Assembly: GCA_963727815.1 (NCBI GenBank)
Contig: CAVSGV010000005.1
Span: 101,348 to 165,347 of the forward strand
Length of the DNA: 64,000 bases
Reading direction: 5' to 3'
Source: an uncultured bacterium
Lineage (GTDB): Bacteria; Margulisbacteria; WOR-1; CAVSGV01
Under the pieces are notes generated by a model. It made no database searches. It saw only the letters and a program-made list of their open reading frames with translations, and had not been told where the DNA came from. Position 1 is the first letter of the stretch, and every line of letters begins with the position of its first letter. This document shows positions 48,993-59,590 of the stretch, piece by piece. A program made the translations under genes and the position numbers.

Positions 48993-51360
48993 AGAATCAG
49001 TTTTCGATATCGCGATAGAGATGCTTTTCCTCGCTTTGATCTTCCTGATCGGCGTCTTTTTCGACCGGAGGATCGGGATCGTGTTTTCGCTCTCAAAAGT
49101 GACCATCATGAGGGTCGCGGTCATTGTTATCCTCACTATCTGGTCCATAAAACTCATGCTGAAGCAGGAACACCGTTTCATCCGCACGCCAATGGATTAT
49201 CCGGTGCTCGCGTATCTCTTCTCGAGCACGATAGCCATGCTGACCTCGGTCCACGTGCTCATCAGCTTCGCAGGGTTCTACGGAAGATATGAAGGGCTCT
49301 CAACGCTCTATCTTTACGGGCTTCTGTTCTGGATAACCGTCAATTTCATCAAGACCAAAGAACAAATGAAAAGGGTCATCTACACTGTCATTGCTTCCGG
49401 CGTGTGCATGTCGATCTACAGCATCCTGCAGAGAATGAGGCTCGATCCTTTCGCATGGGGAGGCGTCATCACCTGGGCAAGGGTCATAGGCACCATTGGC
49501 CAGCCGAATTTCCTGGCCGCATACGTTGACATGGCGTTCATACTCGGGCTTGCTCTGTACCTGAACGCAAGCGAGCTGAGGTGGCCGGCAAAATGGGACC
49601 TTGATGTGATGTGCGATCTCGGATCAAGACTTACGCTCTTCATCAGCCTGATATTGATCTACATTTGCATCAACTTCACTCAGAGCCGGGGCGGGTACAT
49701 GGGACTCCTCGTCGGCCTGTCGCTTTTCTTCACTACGGCGAACCGGAAGCTTGTTATCAGCAAATGGAAGGAAATATTCGCCTTGTTCCTTGTTATAGGG
49801 TGCATCACTTTTATTTCTTCCCTTAAACCTGAATACTCGCCTTTTGGGCGGGCCGCTACCGAAACTGAAAGAGTGGAGGTAGAGAAGGAATCGGCGACCA
49901 GCGAAACGGCCATCATGCAGTACAGCGCCGCGCTTTCCCGGCTTGAGACGTGGAAAAGCGGCTACAGGATAATCGTCGACAATCCTCTGTTCGGGATCGG
50001 CGAAGAAGTGCTTAAAATGGTCTTCCCGAGATATGAGACGAACAAATTCAGGTTCTATGAAGCGTTCCACGTCAAGCAGGACAGGTGTCACAACGAGGTT
50101 TGCGACATGGGAGTGACGAGGGGCGTTATCACTCTTGTTTTGTATATCTGGCTTCTGGCCACTTTCTTTTATATCGGGACAAAATGCGTCAGGGGAGATT
50201 ACGACGGAGATCATAAATTGCTTGCTGCTTCCTTTATGGGCGCGGCGTCGGCGTATTTCGTCCAAAATCAGTTCAGCTTCGGCGTGGTGGCCATAACGAG
50301 CGTTCTCTGGATCATAATGGGCATGACCGCGTCCATATTCGTCAGGGCGGAATCAAATTCTCCGGCGGTAAAGAAAGCGGACATCTCGAACATGCCGTGG
50401 CTTGTTCTCGCTATCGTTATCATCGCCGCGGCATACCTGTCGTTCATATCGGCGATACAGTATCGCGCTGACCTGCATTTCAAGAGCGGGCAGAACCTTG
50501 TGGATGTAAGGCAGATGGAGCCGGGAATGCGGGAGCTGGAAACATCCATAAAGATATTCCCTTATGAAGGCGGGACGTGGACGCACCTTGCCATCGCTTC
50601 CCTGAACGTTTCACAGATCACGAACAACAAGGATATGGTCGACAAGGCGATAGATCAATTCGCGGTGACGTACAAGCTGGATCCTTACAACGCCGACAAT
50701 TTCTATATAGCGGGCAGAGCTTACCTTATCCTTTCGCTTTCCGACAAGAACCCGCAGCTTCTTACCAACGTCGTTACAATGGAAGAAGCGGCCATAAAGA
50801 TCGATCCGTATTACGCGGAAGCTTTCCAGGCGTTGGGGTCGGTGGATGAAAGGAACGGGAACCTTAAGCACGCCGCTCAAATGTATGAAAGGACCGTGGA
50901 AATAAATCCAACGCTGGCTGATGCTATCGCAAGCCTTTCGAGCATTTACATGAGACTGGGAGATTCGAACAAGGTGATAGATATATTCAACGACTTCCTC
51001 AAGAAATACCCGAACAATCTGGTGTTCGAGGAGAACCTCGCCGGGATATATGTGGGCAAGGGGGACATAAAAAAAGCGATAAGCATTTATGAGGACATGC
51101 TCCAGACGGACCCGCAGAACGTTATCGCTCTGGTGAACCTGGGCTTCATGTCGGCCAGGATCGGCGACGTTCCCAAGGCCAAGGATTGTTTCGAGCGCGT
51201 CTTCCTTATCGATCCAAAGAACGTCAATGCTCACAACGGGCTCGGACTGGTCTATTTGCAGATGGGGCAGAAGGACAGGGCAAAGGAAGAATTCAATCTC
51301 AGCCTTCAGATGGATCCGAACAATCAATACGCCAAACAGATGCTCGGAGGGATCAAATAA
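48970..51360 (+). CDS. O-antigen ligase family protein with C-terminal TPRs
   Basis: GFYGRYEG, T.GQPNFLAAY, SRGGY.G, SRLETW..G, CHNE, followed by multiple TPRs. Confidence 0.85.
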   Translation: MMPKEINKESVFDIAIEMLFLALIFLIGVFFDRRIGIVFSLSKVTIMRVAVIVILTIWSIKLMLKQEHRFIRTPMDYPVLAYLFSSTIAMLTSVHVLISFAGFYGRYEGLSTLYLYGLLFWITVNFIKTKEQMKRVIYTVIASGVCMSIYSILQRMRLDPFAWGGVITWARVIGTIGQPNFLAAYVDMAFILGLALYLNASELRWPAKWDLDVMCDLGSRLTLFISLILIYICINFTQSRGGYMGLLVGLSLFFTTANRKLVISKWKEIFALFLVIGCITFISSLKPEYSPFGRAATETERVEVEKESATSETAIMQYSAALSRLETWKSGYRIIVDNPLFGIGEEVLKMVFPRYETNKFRFYEAFHVKQDRCHNEVCDMGVTRGVITLVLYIWLLATFFYIGTKCVRGDYDGDHKLLAASFMGAASAYFVQNQFSFGVVAITSVLWIIMGMTASIFVRAESNSPAVKKADISNMPWLVLAIVIIAAAYLSFISAIQYRADLHFKSGQNLVDVRQMEPGMRELETSIKIFPYEGGTWTHLAIASLNVSQITNNKDMVDKAIDQFAVTYKLDPYNADNFYIAGRAYLILSLSDKNPQLLTNVVTMEEAAIKIDPYYAEAFQALGSVDERNGNLKHAAQMYERTVEINPTLADAIASLSSIYMRLGDSNKVIDIFNDFLKKYPNNLVFEENLAGIYVGKGDIKKAISIYEDMLQTDPQNVIALVNLGFMSARIGDVPKAKDCFERVFLIDPKNVNAHNGLGLVYLQMGQKDRAKEEFNLSLQMDPNNQYAKQMLGGIK

Positions 51361-52782
51361 TTGCTTAAGAGGACCGCGAAATTTCCCCAGATCCTGCTTC
51401 TTCTGATCGATGCTCTCATAATCAGCATTTCTTTCGTGCTCGCGTATTACCTTAGGTTCGAATGGTTCCTGGGAAAGGCGCCAGCGCTCATCCCCCAGCT
51501 GAGCAAATTCTACGGCACCTTGGTATTCGTAACTTTTCTCTGGCTTGCTCTCTTCAAGCTGCTCGGTCTCTATGACAAGGTCGATATAACATCGACTTCC
51601 GACGAGGCTTCATCCATTTTCGGGGCGACCATAGTCGGGACGCTGACGCTCCTGGCGCTTCTTTTCCTTTACAGGGGATTCTGGTTCTCAAGGGGGCTCC
51701 TGCTTTATTCAATGCTCATGTGCTCCGCGCTGATGATATTCTCCAGGTATCTTCTCAATGCTTTTCAGAGAGAAATGTACAGGAGAGGCATGGGCGTCAG
51801 GCGGACGCTGATAGTGGGCGCGGGGGAACTGGGTCAGGGGCTTGCCTACAAGATGTTCTCGGAAAAGGAAGTGGGATACAAGGCAATAGGCTTCCTGGAT
51901 GACGATCCGGAAAAACTGCACAAAGATTTCCACGGCGTGCCGGTCATCGGCTCAACGATCAACTTAAAAAATAAGATAAGGGAAATGAACATCGACGAAG
52001 TGATCCTGGCGACGGGAAGGCTTCATCAGCAGAAGGTCCTGGACATCATAATGGAGTGCGAATCCGAAGGCGTGGCTTTCAAACTGGTCCCGGGGATATT
52101 GGAGCTTATCGCATCGCGCATTTCTACGGACGAGATCGGCGGCATTCCGCTGCTGACAGTGAAGGAGATAAGGCTCCAGGGGATGAACGCTTTCCTGAAA
52201 AGGTTCGTTGATATCGTGATAAGCCTGACTGTCATTGTCGTCCTTTCTCCTTTGATGCTGCTCATTGCGGCCGCGATCAAGCTCGAATCCAGAGGTCCCG
52301 TGTTCTTTACGCAGAAAAGAGTGGGCAAGGACGGGCGGACCTTCGATCTTTATAAGTTCAGGTCCATGATCGTGAACGCGGAATCCATGTTCGAGACGAT
52401 CGTTGCTCAGAAAGGCGGGGACATAATGCGGTTCAAGGCAAAGGATGACCCGCGCGTGACCAGGATCGGCAGGATAATAAGGAAACTGAGCATTGATGAG
52501 CTTCCCCAACTTTTCAACGTTCTTATAGGCGACATGAGCCTGGTCGGGCCCAGGCCGCCAATTCCTATCGAGGTGGAAAAATATTCGTCTTGGCACATGA
52601 AGCGTCTCAGGATACGTCCGGGCATAACCGGTTTATGGCAGGTGTCGGGAAGGAGCGAGCTTCCTTTCGAGGATATGGTAAGACTGGACATATATTACAT
52701 AGAGAACTGGTCCCTCTGGATGGATTTCAGGATAATTCTCAGAACGGTGCCCACCGTACTGTTCGGCTCCGGGGCATATTAA
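51361..52782 (+). CDS. Undecaprenyl-phosphate glycosylphosphotransferase (WcaJ-like priming enzyme)
   Basis: LKRFVDI, KFRSM, DPRVTRIG..IRK.SIDELPQLFNVL.GDMSLVGPRP, PGITGLWQV.GR. Confidence 0.93.
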   Translation: MLKRTAKFPQILLLLIDALIISISFVLAYYLRFEWFLGKAPALIPQLSKFYGTLVFVTFLWLALFKLLGLYDKVDITSTSDEASSIFGATIVGTLTLLALLFLYRGFWFSRGLLLYSMLMCSALMIFSRYLLNAFQREMYRRGMGVRRTLIVGAGELGQGLAYKMFSEKEVGYKAIGFLDDDPEKLHKDFHGVPVIGSTINLKNKIREMNIDEVILATGRLHQQKVLDIIMECESEGVAFKLVPGILELIASRISTDEIGGIPLLTVKEIRLQGMNAFLKRFVDIVISLTVIVVLSPLMLLIAAAIKLESRGPVFFTQKRVGKDGRTFDLYKFRSMIVNAESMFETIVAQKGGDIMRFKAKDDPRVTRIGRIIRKLSIDELPQLFNVLIGDMSLVGPRPPIPIEVEKYSSWHMKRLRIRPGITGLWQVSGRSELPFEDMVRLDIYYIENWSLWMDFRIILRTVPTVLFGSGAY

Positions 52783-52789
52783 CGCTCCC

Positions 52790-53599
52790 ATGCTCACAAG
52801 CCCTCACGACCCGAAAGCAAAATATTTTGTTTCGCTTAAGACAAGGAAAAGCAGGAAGCCCGACGGGAAATTCATTGTGGAAGGCATCCATCTTGCGGAC
52901 GAAGCCCACAAGGCGGGACTTCTCGACAAGGTCATTTACAGCGATCGCGTATTAAGGACGGAAGAAGGAAGGGACCTTGTAGGCAGGCTGATCGCATCCG
53001 ATATCCAGATAGAACAGGCCAGTGATAAAATAATCAATTTTTTGTCCGATGTGGAGACGCCGCAGGGTATCATCGCTTCCGCAAGACCGAAGACCGCCGA
53101 CATCGGAGCACTTTTTGAAGTGAACGATCCGCTCATAGTGGTCGCATGCGGTATACAGGACCCCGGGAACCTGGGGACGATCATCCGCACGGCGGACGCC
53201 GCCGGATGCGCGGGTGTAGTCGTTTCAAAAGGAAGCGTGGATCCTTATAACGACAAGGTCGTTCGATCGTCGGCCGGTTCGATATTCCATTTAAACATAG
53301 TAAAATATGATGATATAATCGAACTTGTTTCCGCTCTAAAAAGAAGAGGCATCCGTGTCATATCAAGCGTCGTCGGGGCGGAGCGGTCCCATTACGAGGC
53401 GGATTTCAGGAAAGCGTCGGCGATACTCATTGGCAGCGAATCACAGGGGCTTCCCGCCGATGTGAGGGATGTCTCTGACGAGTCCATCTCCATTCCGATG
53501 CCGGGAGCTGCCGAATCCCTGAACGCGGCGGTATCTTGCGCCGTGATACTGTACGAAGCGTTGCGACAAAGGAGATCCGATGCAGGAAAAACTGGTTAA
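52790..53599 (+). CDS. TrmH/SpoU family RNA methyltransferase
   Basis: IQDPGNLGTIIRTA, IGSESQG, IPM.G.AESLN.AV. Confidence 0.92.
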   Translation: MLTSPHDPKAKYFVSLKTRKSRKPDGKFIVEGIHLADEAHKAGLLDKVIYSDRVLRTEEGRDLVGRLIASDIQIEQASDKIINFLSDVETPQGIIASARPKTADIGALFEVNDPLIVVACGIQDPGNLGTIIRTADAAGCAGVVVSKGSVDPYNDKVVRSSAGSIFHLNIVKYDDIIELVSALKRRGIRVISSVVGAERSHYEADFRKASAILIGSESQGLPADVRDVSDESISIPMPGAAESLNAAVSCAVILYEALRQRRSDAGKTG

Positions 53600-54614
53600 A
53601 CTTGAGGAGGAAGCGAAAGCGGCGCTTGGCTGCGCGTCTTCCCTGAAAGAGCTCGAGGACCTGAAGATAAAATATCTCGGCAGGAAAGGCGAACTGCAGG
53701 AGATATTGAAACTTCTTCCCAGCCTTCCGCAGGACGAACGGCCGCTTACCGGCAAGCTCGCCAATGAGATAAAGAACAATCTTACGTCGCTTATCGACCA
53801 GAGGATATCCGAGATATCAAGAAGAGAGTCGGACATAAAGCTGAAAAAAGACGCCATCGACACATCCCTTCCAGGCACCGGCATCGTCAGGGGAAGGCTT
53901 CATCCCATCACCAAAACGTTCGAAGAGCTGAAGAGCATATTCACCAGGATCGGTTATTCGATAGCTGAGGGCCCTGATATCGAGACGAACTGGAACAATT
54001 TCGAAGCGCTGAATTTTCCGGCGGAACATCCCGCGATGGACATGCAGGCCACTTTCTTTGTCGAAGCCCCGCCGGTGGCGGGGCAGGGCGTCCTGCTTCG
54101 GACCCACACTTCGCCGGTGCAGATAAGGGTCATGGAAAAAACTCCTCCGCCGGTTTCCATCATAATGCCCGGAAGGGTTTACCGATGCGACGCGGACGTG
54201 ACGCACTCGCCGGTCTTCCATCAGCTTGAAGGGCTCACTGTCGATACGGACATAACTTTCGCCGACCTCAAAGGCACTCTCACTTATTTCGCCCACGAGA
54301 TGTTCGGGAAAGAAAGAAAGGTAAGGTTCAGGCCTTCGTTCTTCCCGTTCACGGAGCCGTCCGCGGAGATGGACGTGGAATGCATTATCTGCAACGGCGT
54401 CGGCTGCAGATTGTGCAAGAACACCGGCTGGATCGAGATACTCGGCGCCGGAATGGTGGACCCGAACGTTTTCAAGAACGTGGGATACGATCCCGAAAAA
54501 GTGAGCGGGTTCGCTTTCGGCATGGGAATAGAGCGGATCGCGATGCTAAAATATGGAATTTCGGACATCAGATTGTTCTATGAGAACGATATAAGATTTT
54601 TGAGGCAGTTCTGA
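53580..54614 (+). CDS. pheS: Phenylalanine-tRNA ligase alpha subunit
   Basis: HPA.DMQ.TF, LRTHTSPVQ, THSPVFHQ.EG, FFPFTEPS, GFAFGMG.ER. Confidence 0.97.
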   Translation: MQEKLVKLEEEAKAALGCASSLKELEDLKIKYLGRKGELQEILKLLPSLPQDERPLTGKLANEIKNNLTSLIDQRISEISRRESDIKLKKDAIDTSLPGTGIVRGRLHPITKTFEELKSIFTRIGYSIAEGPDIETNWNNFEALNFPAEHPAMDMQATFFVEAPPVAGQGVLLRTHTSPVQIRVMEKTPPPVSIIMPGRVYRCDADVTHSPVFHQLEGLTVDTDITFADLKGTLTYFAHEMFGKERKVRFRPSFFPFTEPSAEMDVECIICNGVGCRLCKNTGWIEILGAGMVDPNVFKNVGYDPEKVSGFAFGMGIERIAMLKYGISDIRLFYENDIRFLRQF

Positions 54615-54637
54615 TTTATGGTGAACGGAGCTGAACC

Positions 54638-57003
54638 ATGAAGATACCTCTGCAGTGGCTCAAGGATTACATAAAGATAGACATGCCGCCGGAAAAACTG
54701 GCGGACAGGCTCACCATGTCCGGACTGGAAGTCGGAGCTATCGAATATCACGGCAAGAACATTTCCGACGTGATAGTCGGAAAAATAAAAAATATCGAAA
54801 GACACGCGACCAGATCGGACGTCCTCATCTGCCAGGTGGACACCGGCATAAAGATACTCCAGATAGTGACGAAAGCGCAGAACCTGAAAGTTGGCGACAA
54901 GGTCCCGGTGGCGCTTCACGGCGCGACGCTTCCATCAGGAATAAAGATACAGAACAGGGAGCTTCATGGCGTCGAATCTTTCGGAATGCTTTGTTCCCAG
55001 ATCGAGCTGGGGTTGGCCGATGAGGCAGAAGGCATTTACATACTTGATAAGGATACCGCGGTCGGGGAGGACATAAGGAAAGTGCTCGGCATAGGCGGGC
55101 CCGTGCTTGACATAGACATCCTTCCGAACAGGATCGACGTTCTCTCCGTGATAGGCGTCGCCAGGGAATTCGGCGCGATACTGAACAGGAAGATCAAGCT
55201 GCCCATCGTTAAGATCAAGGCGTCTTCTACAAGATCTTCCGGCGAGGTCAAAATATCCGTGAAGGATAAATCACTGTGTCCCCGATACACCGCGCGCGTC
55301 ATAAAGAACGTCAAGATCAAACCTTCTCCCGAATGGATGCAGGAAAGACTTCTCGCGTGCGGAATGAGGCCCATCAACAACATCGTGGACATCACCAACT
55401 ACGTTCTGCTTGAGATGGGCCAGCCGCTCCATGCTTTCGATCTTAACCAGCTTTCCGAGAAGACCATCATCGTAAGGAAAGCGGAAAAGGGCGAAAAGAT
55501 AATTACGATAGACGGCGAAAAAAGAGAAACACCCGGATGCCTTGTTATTGCAGATGCGAAAAGGCCTGTTGCCATTGCCGGAGTGATGGGCGGTCTTGAT
55601 ACCGAGGTAACCGGCTCGACAAAAGATATTCTCCTGGAATCGGCGTATTTCGATCCGAAGTCGATCCACAGGACGGAGAAAGAGCTGAAACTGAGGACCG
55701 AAGCATCCATGCGTTTCGACAGGGGAGTTGATTGGGGCTGCATCGTGACGGCGCTGGACCGGGCTGCTTCGCTCATGGCGGAGTTTGCCGGCGGCGAAAT
55801 TTTGTCAGGGATCATCGACGTCAAAGAAAAAGAAAGAAAACCGAGAACGGTGAAGCTCAGGCTGGCCAGGGTCAACAAGATACTCGGGACAAAACTCAAA
55901 CTTCCCGAAGTGAAAGCGATCCTTGGAAGGCTTGGGTTCACGCTCAAGGGATCGACGGTCGCCGTTCCGCTTTTCAGGGCGGGGGACATCGAGCGCGAGA
56001 TCGATATTATAGAAGAGATAGCCAGGATATACGGCTACGATAGGATACCCAGCACGTTGCCCGCATCGAAAATAGTCAGCGTGACGGGACAGTCCGACAG
56101 GCAGATATTCCGTATCAAACAGATGCTCATCGACGAAGGGCTTAACGAAGCCGTCACATATTCAATGATGCCAACAGAGCAGAAGATCCGCATCGGCAAT
56201 GAGCCGGGTTCGCAGATAAGGATATTGAACCCGATATCCGAGGACCTTTCGGTCATGAGAGCGAACCTCCTTCCCAGTCTGGCGAACGTCCTTACGCACA
56301 ACATCAACCGCCAGATCGAGGACGTGAACGTATTCGAGATAGGCAAGATATTTTTCAGGGACGATAAAAAGCATAACGTAGAGCGACTGGAGCTGGCCGG
56401 GCTGCTTTTCGGCCGCAGGTCATACGGATACACGGGGAAAAGGGATGCCGCGGACTTCTTCCAGGTGAAAAAGCTTGTGAAAGACGTCCTGGATTACCTC
56501 GGCGCATCTTATGAATTGAAGGAAGCCGGCGGTCCCGGCTTTCATCCGGGCAGGTCCGCCGCCGTCCATAAGGGAGATAAATTCATTGGAGCGTTCGGCG
56601 AAGTTCATCCGGATGTCAGCTTGAAGATGGGCACCGACAAGCCGGTCCTTGCTTTCTATCTGGACCTGGATGACCTGCTCGACATCAAGAAACTTCCTCC
56701 CAAATACAAGGATATACCACAGTATCCCGCCGTAAAACGCGACATCGCCATGATAGTGCCTAACGGGGTAAGGAACGAGTTCTAATGAAAGAGATCAGGG
56801 CCGTGGGCGGTTCTATTATCGAGGATGTCGTTCTTTTCGATAAATATGAAGGTGGGCAGATAGAAAAAGGCTATTACAGCCTCGCTTATTCCATTACATA
56901 CAGGGATCCCGCAAAAACCCTTACTGATGCGGAAGTGAACGCGAAGCATTCGGAAATTTCCGACAATCTGGCGAATAAACTGGGCGTCAAGGTAAGAAAA
57001 TAG
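54638..57003 (+). CDS. pheT: Phenylalanine-tRNA ligase beta subunit (frameshift near 56780)
   Basis: tRNA-binding domain, NNIVDITNYVLLE.GQPLHAFD, DIIEEIARIYGY, YPAVKRDIA. The B8 domain continues in 56785-57003 (LFDKYEG..SLAYSITY..TLTD.EV). Confidence 0.95.
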
Positions 57004-57006
57004 GAG

Positions 57007-57073
57007 GCCTGCCCGCCGAAGCGTGCCGTCGCCAAAGGGCTATGTCACGTCGGAGACTTTCGGCGAAGGCGGG
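57007..57073. repeat. Nested REP-like palindrome between pheT and mutS
   Basis: cgccgaa/ttcggcg and cccgcc/ggcggg outer arms; inner cgtgccgtcgcc-aaag-ggctatgtcacg imperfect stem. Shares gcctgcccgcc with 12542-12552. Confidence 0.7.
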
Positions 57074-57088
57074 GTGACGATTAAGGTT

Positions 57089-59578
57089 ATGAATAATTCT
57101 GAAGCCATAACGCCCATGGTCAAACAGTACCTGGACATAAAATCCCAATACAAAGACGCGATCCTGATGTTCCGCCTCGGCGATTTCTACGAAATGTTCA
57201 ATGACGACGCAAAGACTGCTTCCCGCGAGCTTGACCTTACCCTGACGGGCAGGGGATCGGGCGACGGACGCATGCCCATGTGCGGCGTTCCATATCACGC
57301 GGTTGATAATTACATCGCAAAACTCATCGACAGGGGATACAAGGTGGCAATATGCGACCAGGTTGAGGACCCGAAGCTTGCCAAGGGCGTGGTGAAGAGG
57401 GAAGTGGTCAAGCTCATCACCCCCGGGACCGTGCAGGAGACCAAGATGCTTGATGAAAAGTCCAGCAATTATCTTGCGGCGCTTTGTTTCCAGAAAAATG
57501 AATTCGGCATCGCTTATATCGATGCCTCGACGGGGGAGTTCAGGATCACAAAAATGGATACCGCAAAAGGGATCGAAGGTCTTGTTGAAGAGATCAACCG
57601 TATCCATCCGTCAGAGATACTCATGCCGGACATCATCCCGGAAAATATCACGGATATTTCCGATAAGTTAAAGTCTTCTGGATATCCATTAACGACGTTC
57701 AAGGACACGTACGACCCTGACATCGCCCGGAAAAAGCTGAAAGAGCAGTTCCAGGTTGTTTCCCTGGACAGTTTCGGCCTGGCGGGATTTGAAGCCGCGT
57801 TCGGGGCGGCGGCGGCGATACTCGATTACCTGACGCAGACGCAGAAGGGCGGCCTCCAGTACATCAACCGCATCCAGCCGTACCGGCCCGGCGATTTCAT
57901 GTTCCTGGACCACTCGACGCGCAGGAACCTGGAGATACTGGATACGGCGAGGGACAGGTCGTCGAAAGGCAGTCTTCTCTGGGTGATCGATTCAACTTCA
58001 ACGCCGATGGGCGGAAGGCTCCTGAAAAAATGGCTTGTCCAGCCGCTGATGAACATGAAAGAGATCGGACTGCGGCATGATGCCGTGGAAGAACTTTCTA
58101 AAGAGCTGATATTAAGGCAGGACCTTTCGCAGGCGCTCCGCTCGATATCAGATATCGAACGGTTGATAGGGAAGATCGCCTCTGGAGCGTGCAACGGCCG
58201 CGACATGATCGCGCTCAGGGATTCCCTTGCGAACATCCCGTCGATAAAACATGTATTGAAAGGAAGATCGTCCGCAAAGATCAAGAGCGTCCTGGAGATG
58301 GATGAAGCGAAAAACGCATCGGATATAATCGCAAAAGCTATCACGGATGACCCGCCGCACACCATCAAGGAGGGCGGGCTCATCAGGAAAGGATTCAACG
58401 AAGAGCTGGACAAGATAAAGAATATGACGCAGGGGAACAAGGAATGGATAACCCAGCTTGAGATAAAGGAGAGGCAGAGATCGGGCATCAAATCCCTGAA
58501 GGTCGGCTACACGTCGGTCTTCGGTTATTACATCGAGGTTTCAAAGTCGAACCTCGCGTCCATCCCGCAGGATTACATCCGCAAGCAGACGCTGGTCAAC
58601 TGCGAGAGGTTCATCACACCGGAGCTGAAGGACCGTGAAGCGCTGATATTGAACGCCGAGGAGAAGATGTGCGCGATGGAATATGAGATATTCCAGGAAG
58701 TTCGCGGCAAGCTCGCGGCTTATACGAAAAATATCCAGGAAATATCGGACCGGCTGGCGGAACTGGACGTTCTTCTTTCTTTCGCGTCCACCGCGGCGGA
58801 GCGGAAATATTGCCGGCCGAAATTCAACGACGGAAGAGGGATACACATAAAGAACGGCAGGCATCCCGTTGTGGAGGCAACCATCGGCGAAAATGTTTTT
58901 GTTCCGAACGATACCGACATGCACGCCAAAGAGAGCCGCTTCCTTCTCATCACAGGGCCGAACATGGCCGGCAAATCCACTTTCATGCGCCAGACGGCGG
59001 ACATCTGCATTCTCGCGCAGACAGGATCGTTCGTTCCCGCTTCATCGGCAGAACTGCCGATCATCGACCGCATCTTCACAAGGATAGGCGCGATGGACGA
59101 CATTTACGCCGGACAATCCACCTTCATGGTGGAAATGACCGAGACCGCGAACATAATGAACAACGCCACTTCAAAAAGCCTCGTTATACTGGACGAGATA
59201 GGCCGGGGAACTTCCACTTTTGATGGAATGTCTATCGCGGCGGCGGTGTCGGAGTACATCCACGAAAAAATAAAAGCGTTCACCCTTTTTGCGACACACT
59301 ATCACGAAATAACGAAGCTCGCGGAAAAACACCCGGGAATGAAGAACTACAATACTCTTGTGAAGAAAGAAGGGGACAGGGTCGTGTTCCTTCACAAGAT
59401 AGTCGAAGGAGCGGCAGATCAATCGTACGGCATCGAAGTCGCGAAGCTTGCGGGACTTCCAGAAGCTGTTATCATTAGAGCGAAAGAGGTATATAATACT
59501 CTGGCAATGGTGGAGAATGTCGTGGCGTCGGACAAGAAAAAACGCGCCGGCTCGCGCGACCAGACCAGTCTTTTTTAG
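57089..59578 (+). CDS. mutS: DNA mismatch repair protein MutS
   Basis: TPMVKQY, FRLGDFYEMF, MCGVPYH, TGPNMAGKST, STFMVEM, DEIGRGTST. Confidence 0.97.
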   Translation: MNNSEAITPMVKQYLDIKSQYKDAILMFRLGDFYEMFNDDAKTASRELDLTLTGRGSGDGRMPMCGVPYHAVDNYIAKLIDRGYKVAICDQVEDPKLAKGVVKREVVKLITPGTVQETKMLDEKSSNYLAALCFQKNEFGIAYIDASTGEFRITKMDTAKGIEGLVEEINRIHPSEILMPDIIPENITDISDKLKSSGYPLTTFKDTYDPDIARKKLKEQFQVVSLDSFGLAGFEAAFGAAAAILDYLTQTQKGGLQYINRIQPYRPGDFMFLDHSTRRNLEILDTARDRSSKGSLLWVIDSTSTPMGGRLLKKWLVQPLMNMKEIGLRHDAVEELSKELILRQDLSQALRSISDIERLIGKIASGACNGRDMIALRDSLANIPSIKHVLKGRSSAKIKSVLEMDEAKNASDIIAKAITDDPPHTIKEGGLIRKGFNEELDKIKNMTQGNKEWITQLEIKERQRSGIKSLKVGYTSVFGYYIEVSKSNLASIPQDYIRKQTLVNCERFITPELKDREALILNAEEKMCAMEYEIFQEVRGKLAAYTKNIQEISDRLAELDVLLSFASTAAERKYCRPKFNDGRGIHIKNGRHPVVEATIGENVFVPNDTDMHAKESRFLLITGPNMAGKSTFMRQTADICILAQTGSFVPASSAELPIIDRIFTRIGAMDDIYAGQSTFMVEMTETANIMNNATSKSLVILDEIGRGTSTFDGMSIAAAVSEYIHEKIKAFTLFATHYHEITKLAEKHPGMKNYNTLVKKEGDRVVFLHKIVEGAADQSYGIEVAKLAGLPEAVIIRAKEVYNTLAMVENVVASDKKKRAGSRDQTSLF

Positions 59579-59590
59579 GGGAACATCAAA

